Assembly: GCA_965248755.1 (NCBI GenBank)
Contig: OZ252149.1
Coordinates: 2,848,001-2,912,000, forward strand
Direction of reading: 5' to 3'
Source of the DNA: Candidatus Latescibacterota bacterium
GTDB lineage: Bacteria > Latescibacterota > CBDEFO01
DNA: 64,000 nt
The position numbers were made by a program, and so were the translations under genes. The notes below the pieces were generated by a model. It was given only the letters and a program-made list of their open reading frames with translations, was not told the origin of the DNA and made no database searches. This document shows, piece after piece, positions 10,276-19,218 of the stretch; position 1 is the first letter of the stretch; each line of letters opens with the position of its first letter.

Positions 10276-12075
10276 ATGCAATCAGATAGCAGACAGCAAA
10301 GAGCAGATAGGTATCGAGAAGGAGCGTTCCCCTGCCTCCGATTGAATCTATCGGGGGTCTGTCTACTGGCTATTGTTTACTGTCTACTGATCTTTATGGG
10401 ATATACCAGCCTTTCCGCTGACTCCGGGGTGGACAGGCTAAACTACGCCATCTCGCTGGAGGCCCGGGGAGATCTCCAAGGGGCTTTATCTATTTATGAG
10501 GAAGGAATCAAAAAAAGGCCCAAAGATATAGGCATCAAAATCAGGCTGGCAAATGTATTATATAAGTTGGGTCGGAGGGAAGACGCTATTAAGGAATGGA
10601 ACGAGATATTGAAGATCGCTCCCGAATCCATACACACCTATTCTATGGTCGCAGAGCAGTACAGAATACGAGGGATGGCAGAGGAGGCGATAGAGGTCTA
10701 CACAAAATTGAGAGAAAAGTTCAATATGGAGAACGAATTTTCACTCCAGGTGGGAGATCTCTGGGCATCTTTGGGAAAGTACGATAGAGCCGTTCAAGAA
10801 TATATAGCCTACCTCGGCGAAGGCTCAAATTCGATGGTCTATCAGATTGTGGAGCTGAAGATATTGAATCTGGCCAGGAATCGTCAGACTGTGGACTCGG
10901 TTATGCCGGTTCTGAAAGAGGCATTGTCTACCCGGCCTGATAACGCCTCTCATCTTCGGCTCTTTGCGGTCTGGTGCGTTGCAGCGGCAAAGGCAAGGGA
11001 AGCTCTTCCCTTTTTGATCTTGAAGGAGGTAAAGGACAAACAGTGGGAGGAGATTATCTACAGGTTCGCATCGGATTGTGAAAGAAATGGCTTCAAAAAA
11101 GAGGCCATGCAGGCCTACAGCGAGCTTGCCAAAGAAGCGCCGAATTCCAAGTACTGGTCACAAGCCGAGCTTGCCGTAGGACGAATTCACGAGGCACTTG
11201 GCCTCTACGGGCAGGCGGCTGTCTCGTACACGGAACTGATAAGGAGGTATCCTCTGACCTATCAAAGCTTTGAGGCGCTCTACAGAGTTAGCGATATGCA
11301 GCTTAATGTAGAAAAAGATGTAGAAGCGGCACTTTCGTCCTTCCATCTCTTATCACAGAAATCCTATGCAGGAGCATGGAAAGAAAAAGCGCTTTTAAAG
11401 GTGGCCGAGTGTCTTATCATTCAGGATAAGATTGAAAGCTCAAAGAAAACTTATCAGCAGATTGAAACCTCGACAAAAGATGCGTCCACCAGGGAAAAGG
11501 CCCTCTTTAAGTTAGCCTATCTTGAGTATCTTTCAGGAAACTTTGAAAGGGCTCTCCAACTTTTGGAGAAGATATCTCTGGATTATCCCGGCGGGGAGAT
11601 GGTCAACGACGCCTTAGAACTGATCGTGCTTATAGAGGAGAACGCAGGAATTGAGGAGGAAAACCTGAAGGCCTTCGCCCGTGCGGAGCTTCTAAGGCTC
11701 CAGTGGAAAGAGGACGGGGCAATTGGAGTCCACCAAAAACTTATTCAGAAACATCCTACATCTAACCTTGCAGACGACGCTTTTTTGATGGTAGGGGACA
11801 TAAAGTCCGATGCAAGAGATTACTTCTCCGCTGTTGAGACTTACAGAAAGCTCTCCCTTGAGTATCCCGAGAGCAGGCTTTCCGAACATGCCCGCGTGAG
11901 GATAGGGCGCATCTTTGAGGAGAAGTTAGACGACATCCAGAGGGCGGCAAGGGAATACGAAATGTTCCTTGTAGATTACCCCGACAGTCTGCTTTCAGAT
12001 GAGGTGAGAATTAGGCTCAGATCGCTAAAGGAGAGGCTGAAGGCTCTGGAGGGGCTTAGAAAGGAGACAGGATAG
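10276..12075 (+). CDS. Secreted tetratricopeptide-repeat protein (start uncertain)
   Basis: Many TPR units with YPxS/HPxS turns; hydrophobic signal ending SLSA. Confidence 0.85.
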   Translation: MQSDSRQQRADRYREGAFPCLRLNLSGVCLLAIVYCLLIFMGYTSLSADSGVDRLNYAISLEARGDLQGALSIYEEGIKKRPKDIGIKIRLANVLYKLGRREDAIKEWNEILKIAPESIHTYSMVAEQYRIRGMAEEAIEVYTKLREKFNMENEFSLQVGDLWASLGKYDRAVQEYIAYLGEGSNSMVYQIVELKILNLARNRQTVDSVMPVLKEALSTRPDNASHLRLFAVWCVAAAKAREALPFLILKEVKDKQWEEIIYRFASDCERNGFKKEAMQAYSELAKEAPNSKYWSQAELAVGRIHEALGLYGQAAVSYTELIRRYPLTYQSFEALYRVSDMQLNVEKDVEAALSSFHLLSQKSYAGAWKEKALLKVAECLIIQDKIESSKKTYQQIETSTKDASTREKALFKLAYLEYLSGNFERALQLLEKISLDYPGGEMVNDALELIVLIEENAGIEEENLKAFARAELLRLQWKEDGAIGVHQKLIQKHPTSNLADDAFLMVGDIKSDARDYFSAVETYRKLSLEYPESRLSEHARVRIGRIFEEKLDDIQRAAREYEMFLVDYPDSLLSDEVRIRLRSLKERLKALEGLRKETG

Positions 12076-12167
12076 TAGATAAGTAGATAGTAGGTAGGGG
12101 TATATCCTCTTCTCCCTGTCTACTTGTTTGAGATAAAAAATATAGTGTGGAAAAGAGGGTATACACC

Positions 12168-13493
12168 TTGAAAAAAACATCAGAAACACCAGTATCAAGT
12201 AGGCAGTGTCAAGTAGGTAGGGGATACCTCCTCCCTGTCTACTGTCTACTGTCTACTGTCTACTTGTTTATGGCTTCAGAGCTCTGGGCCCAAAAGATGC
12301 TGATATACATGGACCTGAATCAGACTGATCATCTCAAGGCGTATGGCGTCGCGTACCGGGCTTTAGAGCAGGGGATAGATGTGGAGTGGCTGTTGAACTA
12401 CCGGGGAGGATCATTTATGATAGACAGTGCAGATGAGTTGATAGCAGAGGCGAGGATAAGAGGGGTCTCCTTTTCTATGATAGGCGGAGCCGAAGCTGCC
12501 CTTGTATACGCTCAGATAGAAAGGGAGAACATGGACGTAGTGCACCTTACAAAGACTCCCAGAATAGCGGTCTATACTCCTCCCAACACTCAGCCCTGGG
12601 ACGACGCTGTGACCCTGGCTCTCACCTACGCACAGATACCGTACGATAGGGTCTGGGACGCGGAGGTGCTTACTGGAGAGCTTGAGAAATACGACTGGCT
12701 GCACCTGCACCACGAGGATTTTACAGGACAATATGGCAAGTTCTACAGCACGTACGGGAATCAGCCTTGGTACAGACAACAGCAGATCCAATACGAGGCT
12801 GTGGCCCGCCGTCTGGGATTTACTAAGGTCTCCGAGGAAAAAAAGACTGTGGCAGGGGCGATCAAAAATTACGTCATAAATGGAGGTTTCATCTTTGCAA
12901 TGTGCTCGGCGACAGATACCTTTGATATAGCTTTAGCCGCCCAAAATGCCGACATCGCCGTGGCTGTGTTCGACGGCGACCCGGCCGATCCAGACGCCCA
13001 GGAGAAGCTCGACTACTCCAGGACGGTGGCGTTTGAGAACTTCAAAATAGAGATGAATCCTTTAGTATACGAGTTCTCGGATATAGACACCACGCCCAAA
13101 AGGATGTCACAGATACGGGGCGCCGAGGCAGATTATTTCACTCTGTTTGAGTTTTCTGCAAAATACGATCCTGTCCCCACGATGCTGACTCAAAATCACA
13201 CACCTGTTGTGGACGGCTTTCTGGGACAGACTACCGCGTTTAGAAAGTCCCTCATAAAGGATTCTGTCGTGATATTGGGGGAATCTGCAGCAACAGATGA
13301 GGCTAAATATATACACGTAAATGTGGGGAAAGGGACATTTACTTTCTACGGGGGGCACGACCCGGAGGACTATCAGCACCTGGTCTATGATCCGCCCACT
13401 CAGTTGTCCTTGCACAATAATTCTCCCGGATACCGGTTGATCTTAAACAACGTACTCTTCCCGGCAGCCAAGAAGAAGGAGAGGAAGACCTAG
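12168..13493 (+). CDS. Conserved FCB-group secreted protein (family often labelled 'asparagine synthetase B'; glutamine amidotransferase-like fold)
   Basis: HLKAYG, WLLNYRGGSF, QPWDDAVTLALTYA, WLHLHHEDFTGQYGKF, MCSATD, GGHDPEDY, LILNNVLFPAAKKK. Confidence 0.8.
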   Translation: MKKTSETPVSSRQCQVGRGYLLPVYCLLSTVYLFMASELWAQKMLIYMDLNQTDHLKAYGVAYRALEQGIDVEWLLNYRGGSFMIDSADELIAEARIRGVSFSMIGGAEAALVYAQIERENMDVVHLTKTPRIAVYTPPNTQPWDDAVTLALTYAQIPYDRVWDAEVLTGELEKYDWLHLHHEDFTGQYGKFYSTYGNQPWYRQQQIQYEAVARRLGFTKVSEEKKTVAGAIKNYVINGGFIFAMCSATDTFDIALAAQNADIAVAVFDGDPADPDAQEKLDYSRTVAFENFKIEMNPLVYEFSDIDTTPKRMSQIRGAEADYFTLFEFSAKYDPVPTMLTQNHTPVVDGFLGQTTAFRKSLIKDSVVILGESAATDEAKYIHVNVGKGTFTFYGGHDPEDYQHLVYDPPTQLSLHNNSPGYRLILNNVLFPAAKKKERKT

Positions 13494-13704
13494 CGCTTTT
13501 TAAGTGGATAGAATAGAGATTGCTTCGCAGACCCTTCGCTTCGCTCTGGGCTTCCCCGATACATTCAATCGGGGACTCGCAATGACGTTGAAGTGTGCTC
13601 GTAACGATATTGCTTAGCTTCGTCCTTTGGTCATTGCGAGGGCCAAAGTCTCGAAGCAATCTCCCCGTTTACTGACTGCTGTCTACTTTGAAAGGAAGGA
13701 GTCG

Positions 13705-14709
13705 ATGCAGGAAATTAGGGAAAGTCACGACTTAGAGGCTATCGAAAGATTGGAAGAGGCAAAGGACGCAATCTGTTCTGAGATCGAAAAGGTGATCGTT
13801 GGACAAAGGCAGATAATAGATCAATTGCTGATTGCTCTTTTTTCAGGCGGGCATTGCCTCATCATCGGCGTGCCCGGCCTTGCCAAGACACTGCTTATAA
13901 ATACGCTTTCTGAGATTCTGGATCTTTCGTTTAGCAGGATACAGTTCACGCCAGATATTATGCCGTCCGATATTACGGGGACGGAGGTGATTGAGGAGGA
14001 TCTGTCCCTGGGGAAAAAGACCTTCCGATTCGTAAAGGGACCTGTCTTTGCAAATGTGATATTAGCAGACGAGATAAACAGGGCGCCTCCCAAGACTCAG
14101 TCGGCTCTTCTGGAGGCTATGCAGGAGCACAAGGTTACGGCTTCGGGAAAGACAATGAAACTTTCCGAGCCGTTCTTTGTGCTTGCCACTCAAAACCCTA
14201 TAGAGCAGGAGGGCACCTATCCACTGCCCGAGGCTCAGCTGGACAGGTTCTTCTTCAGCCTCTGGATAGACTATCCTACCTTTGAGGAAGAAGAACAGGT
14301 AGTTCACAGGACCACGAGCGCATACACCTGGAATGTAAGGAAGGTAGTGAGCGGAGATGACATTATAGACATGCAAAATCTAATAAGGAGGGTTCCAGTT
14401 TCAGATCATGTGGTCAGATACGCTGTGGATTTGGTCAGAAAGACGCGACCATTTGAAAAAGACGCTCCGCCTTACGTTAAGGACATGATCAGTTGGGGGG
14501 CAGGTCCAAGGGCGTCTCAGTATCTCATACTGGGAGCAAAGGCAAAGGCTGCTCTGAACGGACGATGTTCTGTGTCCATCGAGGATGTCAAATCCATTGT
14601 GGTGCCTGTACTAAGACACAGGATAATCACCAACTTCAACGCCGAAGCAGAAGGCGTTGATACAAAAGGGATAGTAACCAGACTGTTGGAGGAGGTCCCC
14701 GATAAATAG
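13705..14709 (+). CDS. moxR: MoxR-family AAA+ ATPase
   Basis: GVPGLAKT, RIQFTPDIMPSDITG, LADEINRAPPKTQSALLE, ATQNPIEQEGTYPLPEAQLDRF. Confidence 0.95.
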   Translation: MQEIRESHDLEAIERLEEAKDAICSEIEKVIVGQRQIIDQLLIALFSGGHCLIIGVPGLAKTLLINTLSEILDLSFSRIQFTPDIMPSDITGTEVIEEDLSLGKKTFRFVKGPVFANVILADEINRAPPKTQSALLEAMQEHKVTASGKTMKLSEPFFVLATQNPIEQEGTYPLPEAQLDRFFFSLWIDYPTFEEEEQVVHRTTSAYTWNVRKVVSGDDIIDMQNLIRRVPVSDHVVRYAVDLVRKTRPFEKDAPPYVKDMISWGAGPRASQYLILGAKAKAALNGRCSVSIEDVKSIVVPVLRHRIITNFNAEAEGVDTKGIVTRLLEEVPDK

Positions 14710-14719
14710 AAAGGTCTAT

Positions 14720-15601
14720 TTGGATTATCTGGACCCCGAGGTCGTATCCAGGCTCAGAAGTCTCGACCTTGTGGCGCGGCTGGTCGTGGAGGGATTCATA
14801 ACTGGACTTCATAAGAGCCCGTATCACGGTTTTTCGGTGGAGTTTGCCGAACACAGACAGTATATGCCGGGCGATCCTGTGAGGGACATAGACTGGAGGG
14901 CTTACGGAAAGACGGGACGCCTTTACGTAAAGAAATACGAGGAGGAGACGAACCTAAAGGCGTATATCCTTCTGGACGCAAGCGGTTCTATGGAGTTTAC
15001 CTCAGGGGGCATAACCAAGTTTAAGTACGGATGCTATCTTGCGGCCTCTTTAAGTTATCTTATGCTCAAGCAGAGGGACGCTGTGGGATTGTGCATCTTT
15101 GACAGTCGAATACGCCGCTATGTGCCTCCGCGATCTGTCGGGAGCCATCTTCACACCATACTTAAAGAGATTGACGGCGCAAAAACGGCTCATGAGACGG
15201 ATCTGGCAGGTACTCTCCACACCCTGGCTGAGAGGATAAAAAGGAGAGGCCTAGTGATAGTGATCTCCGATCTTTTGGACGATCCATCTAAGGTGTTGTC
15301 AGGATTTAAGCACTTCCGCCACAGAAAGCACGAACTGGTAATATTCCACATCCTGGACCCCAAGGAACGGGATCTGTCGTTTCCCAGGGAAGCCAGATTC
15401 GTGGATCTTGAAGGCGAAGAACAGCTAGTTACTGAGCCGTGGCACATTCAGAAGGACTACACTTCTTTGATGGACGACCTTGTGAATCGCTATCGCAGGG
15501 AATGCCGCGAAAGTCTCATAGATTATGTCCTGATAAATACGTCAGACAGGTTCGACACCGCGCTTCTGGGATATTTATCCAAAAGGAAAAGGTTAGGGTG
15601 A
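14720..15601 (+). CDS. DUF58 domain protein
   Basis: GLHKSPYHGFSVEFAEHRQYMPGD, IDWRAYG, YEEET, DASGSM. Confidence 0.93.
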   Translation: MDYLDPEVVSRLRSLDLVARLVVEGFITGLHKSPYHGFSVEFAEHRQYMPGDPVRDIDWRAYGKTGRLYVKKYEEETNLKAYILLDASGSMEFTSGGITKFKYGCYLAASLSYLMLKQRDAVGLCIFDSRIRRYVPPRSVGSHLHTILKEIDGAKTAHETDLAGTLHTLAERIKRRGLVIVISDLLDDPSKVLSGFKHFRHRKHELVIFHILDPKERDLSFPREARFVDLEGEEQLVTEPWHIQKDYTSLMDDLVNRYRRECRESLIDYVLINTSDRFDTALLGYLSKRKRLG

Positions 15602-16339
15602 TTATTCAGATTGGCTCTCGATAATAGCTCGCATAGTATCTGCCACCCACTCCACGGCGACGTCTATCATCTCCTCTCCCTTCTCTGCCGTTGCGAACTT
15701 GGCTTCCTGGTGTAAGGCTCTGTCGTGTTTTGCCTTTTCTGGATCGGAGATCGTCAGCTTGGCGTTATCGTAGTCCACTCCCTCCCAGTGGACCTGATCC
15801 GGGAAGGCCGCCAGTGCAAACGATGTCTCGAACTCACTGGCATGTCCTGGACAGTTGCCGGACTCCATCAGCCTTTCTACAAGCTCTGGGGAGTACGCTT
15901 CCCAGTATGAACAGAACTTAACATCGACCCCCAGCTTCTGGCTGAACCCATCCACCTGGTCGGCAAGTCCACTATTTCCCGCGTGACCGTTCACTATAAA
16001 TATGCTCTTTATGCCGGCCCTCTGAAGACTCTCACAGACTTCGTAAACCACGGCGAAAAACGTCTCCCTTTTCAGCGTCAAAGTACCTTTGTGATCCATC
16101 CAGTGCTCAGAGATGCCTAAAGGCACCGGGGTGGTGACTATCACATTCGGATATAATTTCTCCGCCGCCTTTACAGATACAAGGCGTGCGCTTGCAGTAT
16201 CGTGTATCATTGCCAGATGCTCGTTGTGTTGCTCGGTGCTGCCCACCGGGACTATAGCGCCCTTGATTATTCCGGCGTCAATGCCCTCTCTTGCATTCCT
16301 GCGGGTTAACTTCCACAGACGAACCTCTCCGATATCCAT
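15602..16339 (-). CDS. Creatininase-family amidohydrolase
   Basis: PVGSTEQH, SEHW, GTLTL, NGHAGN, GHASEFETS, ATAEKG. Confidence 0.9.
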   Translation of the reverse strand: MDIGEVRLWKLTRRNAREGIDAGIIKGAIVPVGSTEQHNEHLAMIHDTASARLVSVKAAEKLYPNVIVTTPVPLGISEHWMDHKGTLTLKRETFFAVVYEVCESLQRAGIKSIFIVNGHAGNSGLADQVDGFSQKLGVDVKFCSYWEAYSPELVERLMESGNCPGHASEFETSFALAAFPDQVHWEGVDYDNAKLTISDPEKAKHDRALHQEAKFATAEKGEEMIDVAVEWVADTMRAIIESQSE

Positions 16340-16485
16340 CTTATCTCCTTTGGCTAAAACCGTAACTTTAAGCTTCCACCCGATGATCGGGTGACGGTCA
16401 TATCAGGTAAGAATATATCTAGCTCTGTTCTTAAAGTCAAGATGTTTTTGTTACTATTAGGTAGTTGGATGCAATCAAAAAAATC

Positions 16486-16632
16486 TTGACAGAGTGCGTT
16501 GATTTGCTTATATATCACTCTGTTATCCCTTACGGAAGAGAGTAAAAAAACCTCTAAGTTCGCTGTGACAGCTTCACAATTTCACAACAGTCTTACAAAA
16601 AGCTTGACAAATATACGTTAAATTGATATATT
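16486..16632 (+). promoter_or_regulatory. Tandem sigma70 promoters upstream of the outer-membrane protein gene
   Basis: TTGACA-N17-TATATA at 16486-16514 and TTGACA-N17-TATATT at 16604-16632. Confidence 0.6.
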
Positions 16633-17070
16633 TGACTCTGTTGTGATCTCGATCACCAAAAGTTGAGGAGAAGCGGGGTAACGTCAACTGTTAGAATCTG
16701 CGTGTCCTGCGTGGTGACTATCGTGTTTTGGGCGTTGAACTTAAGAGGTGAAATCGGGCGTACACGGGTGTTAGTGTTCACATTAAGTCGTTGCGCTCAT
16801 TGCAGCGATAGTTAGGGAAGTAAAGCGTAAAATAAAAAGCTGTAGTCTTCTGATATTAACTAGAATGGAAGGGGGTGATTGTACAGGCAGTCTCAGTTTA
16901 CTCATCGCTAAACAGCAGTGGCAAAGACATTCTCACAGATGACGGATTCTCCCAGAAAATAGCTGGATTTCACTTTAAGAATCCTGGGGGGTTTTGGGTC
17001 TGTAGAGAAATAAAGTAAATTTTCAACTTCACTTTTTCGTAAATTGTGGAGTTAAAAGAGGGAGGAACAG

Positions 17071-18354
17071 ATGTTCAAAGATGTTTCAGTCAAATGTGCG
17101 TTGGTTTTCGGAGTCCTTCTCCTGGTTCTGGTGGCCGCCGGTAGCTCTGATGCGAGCAATGCAAGGCTTAGGGCATTGGGTAATGAGCCGATCCTTGTGA
17201 AGGACAGTAGCAATATCTTCGACTTTGTATCCACCGTCAACGATTATACGAACAATGTCTACGTCGAGAACGCCTCGGATAACGCAGGTGTTGGAGACGG
17301 ACAGAACTGGGGCACAGTCGTCTGGGGTATTAGTGAGAACAACATCCTGGGTATCTCTCTGGACAGGCCCTCAGGTCTTACTTTTCCCGCTCGTGGCGAG
17401 CCGGTTCCCATCTGGGTAGTACATTTTTTCAATCTCCTGGGGAGTATCCCTCTGGACGATATCCCTGCGGACGGTATGCCTGCGGACGGTACGCCTCCGG
17501 ACGGTATCCCTCTGGAGGACTTGCTCCAAGCTTTTGGCGAGCTGGCTCCCAGCTCGGCTCCCAGCTCGGCTCCCAGCTCGATAGTAGATCTTATCTATGG
17601 AAGAAAGTTCGATGATACCGACTTCGGCGTGGGACTTGCAATCCTGTTCGATACTGATGACAACGGTGTGGATGTTGAGAACAGCCAGCTCGGCATCGAT
17701 CTTAACGTTGGCGTCGGTTTGGACGTAGGAGAAGCATCAGAGCTCGACATCAACCTCGGCATAGGTTTTACAAGTGTTGAGGAAACTTTACCTGCTAGTC
17801 AGGATTACGACAGCGGAATTAACTTTGGCATGGATATCAGGCTATTCCGTCCGAAAAATGAGAAAACAACCGGTATCCTCGGTGTACGTTTTGGCTTTGA
17901 TACAGCTGCCAAGCAGGCGAACGCGGACGATTTGAATTTGATCACGTTCAAGGCCCTGATCGGCTGTGATCACCAATTGTCTGAAGATGCCAATTTGATC
18001 TTGGGCTTAGCGTTGGAGTTAGAAAATAGAGATAGGCCTGACATGGGCAAAAATGTATCGGAGACCAACATAAGTATCCCTGTTATAACTGCCGCAGTAG
18101 AGATGGGGCTGACAGATTGGTTGGATGTCCGTGCTGGAGCTCACAGAGCCTCAACGTTTGAATTCACAAGCAACGGAGTAGATACCAGTGGTTTCGACAC
18201 GGATTATAACCTCGATTTCGGCGTGGGTCTCAGCCTTGGGGGCTTAACATTGGACGGTGTTATCACCAAGAAATTCCTCGAGACAGGACCGGATATTATC
18301 AGCAATAACCCCGAAGACGTCTTCAGTCAGGTAGCTGTGACCTACAGCTTCTAA
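17071..18354 (+). CDS. Outer-membrane beta-barrel protein (porin-like)
   Basis: Signal peptide, ARLRALG start, alternating beta-strand pattern, terminal VTYSF beta-signal; strong SD and terminator. Confidence 0.75.
   Translation: MFKDVSVKCALVFGVLLLVLVAAGSSDASNARLRALGNEPILVKDSSNIFDFVSTVNDYTNNVYVENASDNAGVGDGQNWGTVVWGISENNILGISLDRPSGLTFPARGEPVPIWVVHFFNLLGSIPLDDIPADGMPADGTPPDGIPLEDLLQAFGELAPSSAPSSAPSSIVDLIYGRKFDDTDFGVGLAILFDTDDNGVDVENSQLGIDLNVGVGLDVGEASELDINLGIGFTSVEETLPASQDYDSGINFGMDIRLFRPKNEKTTGILGVRFGFDTAAKQANADDLNLITFKALIGCDHQLSEDANLILGLALELENRDRPDMGKNVSETNISIPVITAAVEMGLTDWLDVRAGAHRASTFEFTSNGVDTSGFDTDYNLDFGVGLSLGGLTLDGVITKKFLETGPDIISNNPEDVFSQVAVTYSF
17445..17580 (+). repeat. In-frame tandem repeats: 5x15 bp and 3x12 bp
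   Basis: TATCCCTCTGGACGA-type 15-mers at 17445-17519; GCTCCCAGCTCG x3 at 17545-17580. Confidence 0.9.
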
Positions 18355-18448
18355 CAGGCACTACAGGTGACAAAAGCAATTCAGCTATTCACAGAAGTTC
18401 ACCTTTCTGGCCTGAAGTAGATCGTCTCAGTATAGTTAAGCATTCCAT

Positions 18449-18489
18449 AAGACACGCTATCACTTTTGATCGTGATAGCGTGTCTTTTT
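18449..18489 (+). terminator. Rho-independent terminator
   Basis: Perfect 15-bp stem AAGACACGCTATCAC/GTGATAGCGTGTCTT followed by T run. Confidence 0.9.
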
Positions 18490-18889
18490 GCTATCACGTG
18501 AGATGAAGGTGAGAATTGTGTTTTAGGATAGGGTCTTTCGGATAATCACTTAAAGTTTGCCGAGCAGCTTGGGGAAGATCTCTTAACAATACCACGCGTT
18601 TTCTATACAAACGGTACAGAGAATCGCTGTAGATACCGTAAAGGACGGTAGAGCACATACCGACCTGTATGGTTGACACCAAATTAAGAGTTAAGGTGGT
18701 CTTTGGAGTCGGCTATATAAAGACGCTGCTGGCAGCGCTGTCCTCCTGATTCAACGTATTGTTCCATTCTCAAGCGGGTCAAAATTTTTGTTGACTTTGA
18801 AGGGAAGCGTTATTAAGTTTTACATTAAAGTTGCTTATGGTTTTCTATACACAGAACAGCTTAAGTAATAGAAAGAGGTAATTTAGCAT

Positions 18890-18966
18890 GGCGAACGTAG
18901 CTCAAAGGATAGAGTGCCTGACTGTGGCTCAGGATGTTGCGGGTTCGAGTCCCGTCGTTCGCCCCA
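18890..18966 (+). tRNA. tRNA-His (GUG) with encoded G-1 and CCA
   Basis: GCGAACG/CGTTCGC acceptor with G-1:C73, anticodon arm CCTGA-CTGTGGC-TCAGG, T-loop TTCGAGT. Confidence 0.95.
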
Positions 18967-18981
18967 TATATATCTTAGTGA

Positions 18982-19170
18982 CAGGCTCTTTTGGCGTCTG
19001 CGAGATACAGGTGTGGTTTGTCCCTGGTGAATTTGACTGTGCCCACATTCGTCGTACTTTCTGCCGTCACCATTCCTGAATTGAAGGCGGGTCGGCAGTT
19101 CATACAGGGCTAACGGCAAGATACCGAAAGTGACTACCGCCTCGCAAATTTCAAAAGGGCTTCTTTTTTA
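18982..19170 (+). ncRNA. Candidate rod-like structured RNA or leader between tRNA-His and hisS
   Basis: Nested complementary blocks AGGCTCTTTTG/CAAAAGGGCTT, GCGAG/CTCGC, CCCTG/CAGGG, GTGAATT/AGTTCAT; T-tract at 3' end. Confidence 0.4.
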
Positions 19171-19218
19171 TCTGTGCAGGATTCTATTATCATTAGTTAC
19201 GCTACAAGGAGCGTGGAA

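Noticed and set aside
13627..13704. N-terminal extension of MoxR (similarly HisD 23091-23136 and MiaA 29149-29258)
   Set aside because: These extensions are translated repeat or overlap sequence; downstream ATGs fit the family starts better
18883..19119. ORFs 18883-19119 (-) and 18888-19079 (+)
   Set aside because: They overlap tRNA-His and are shadow ORFs
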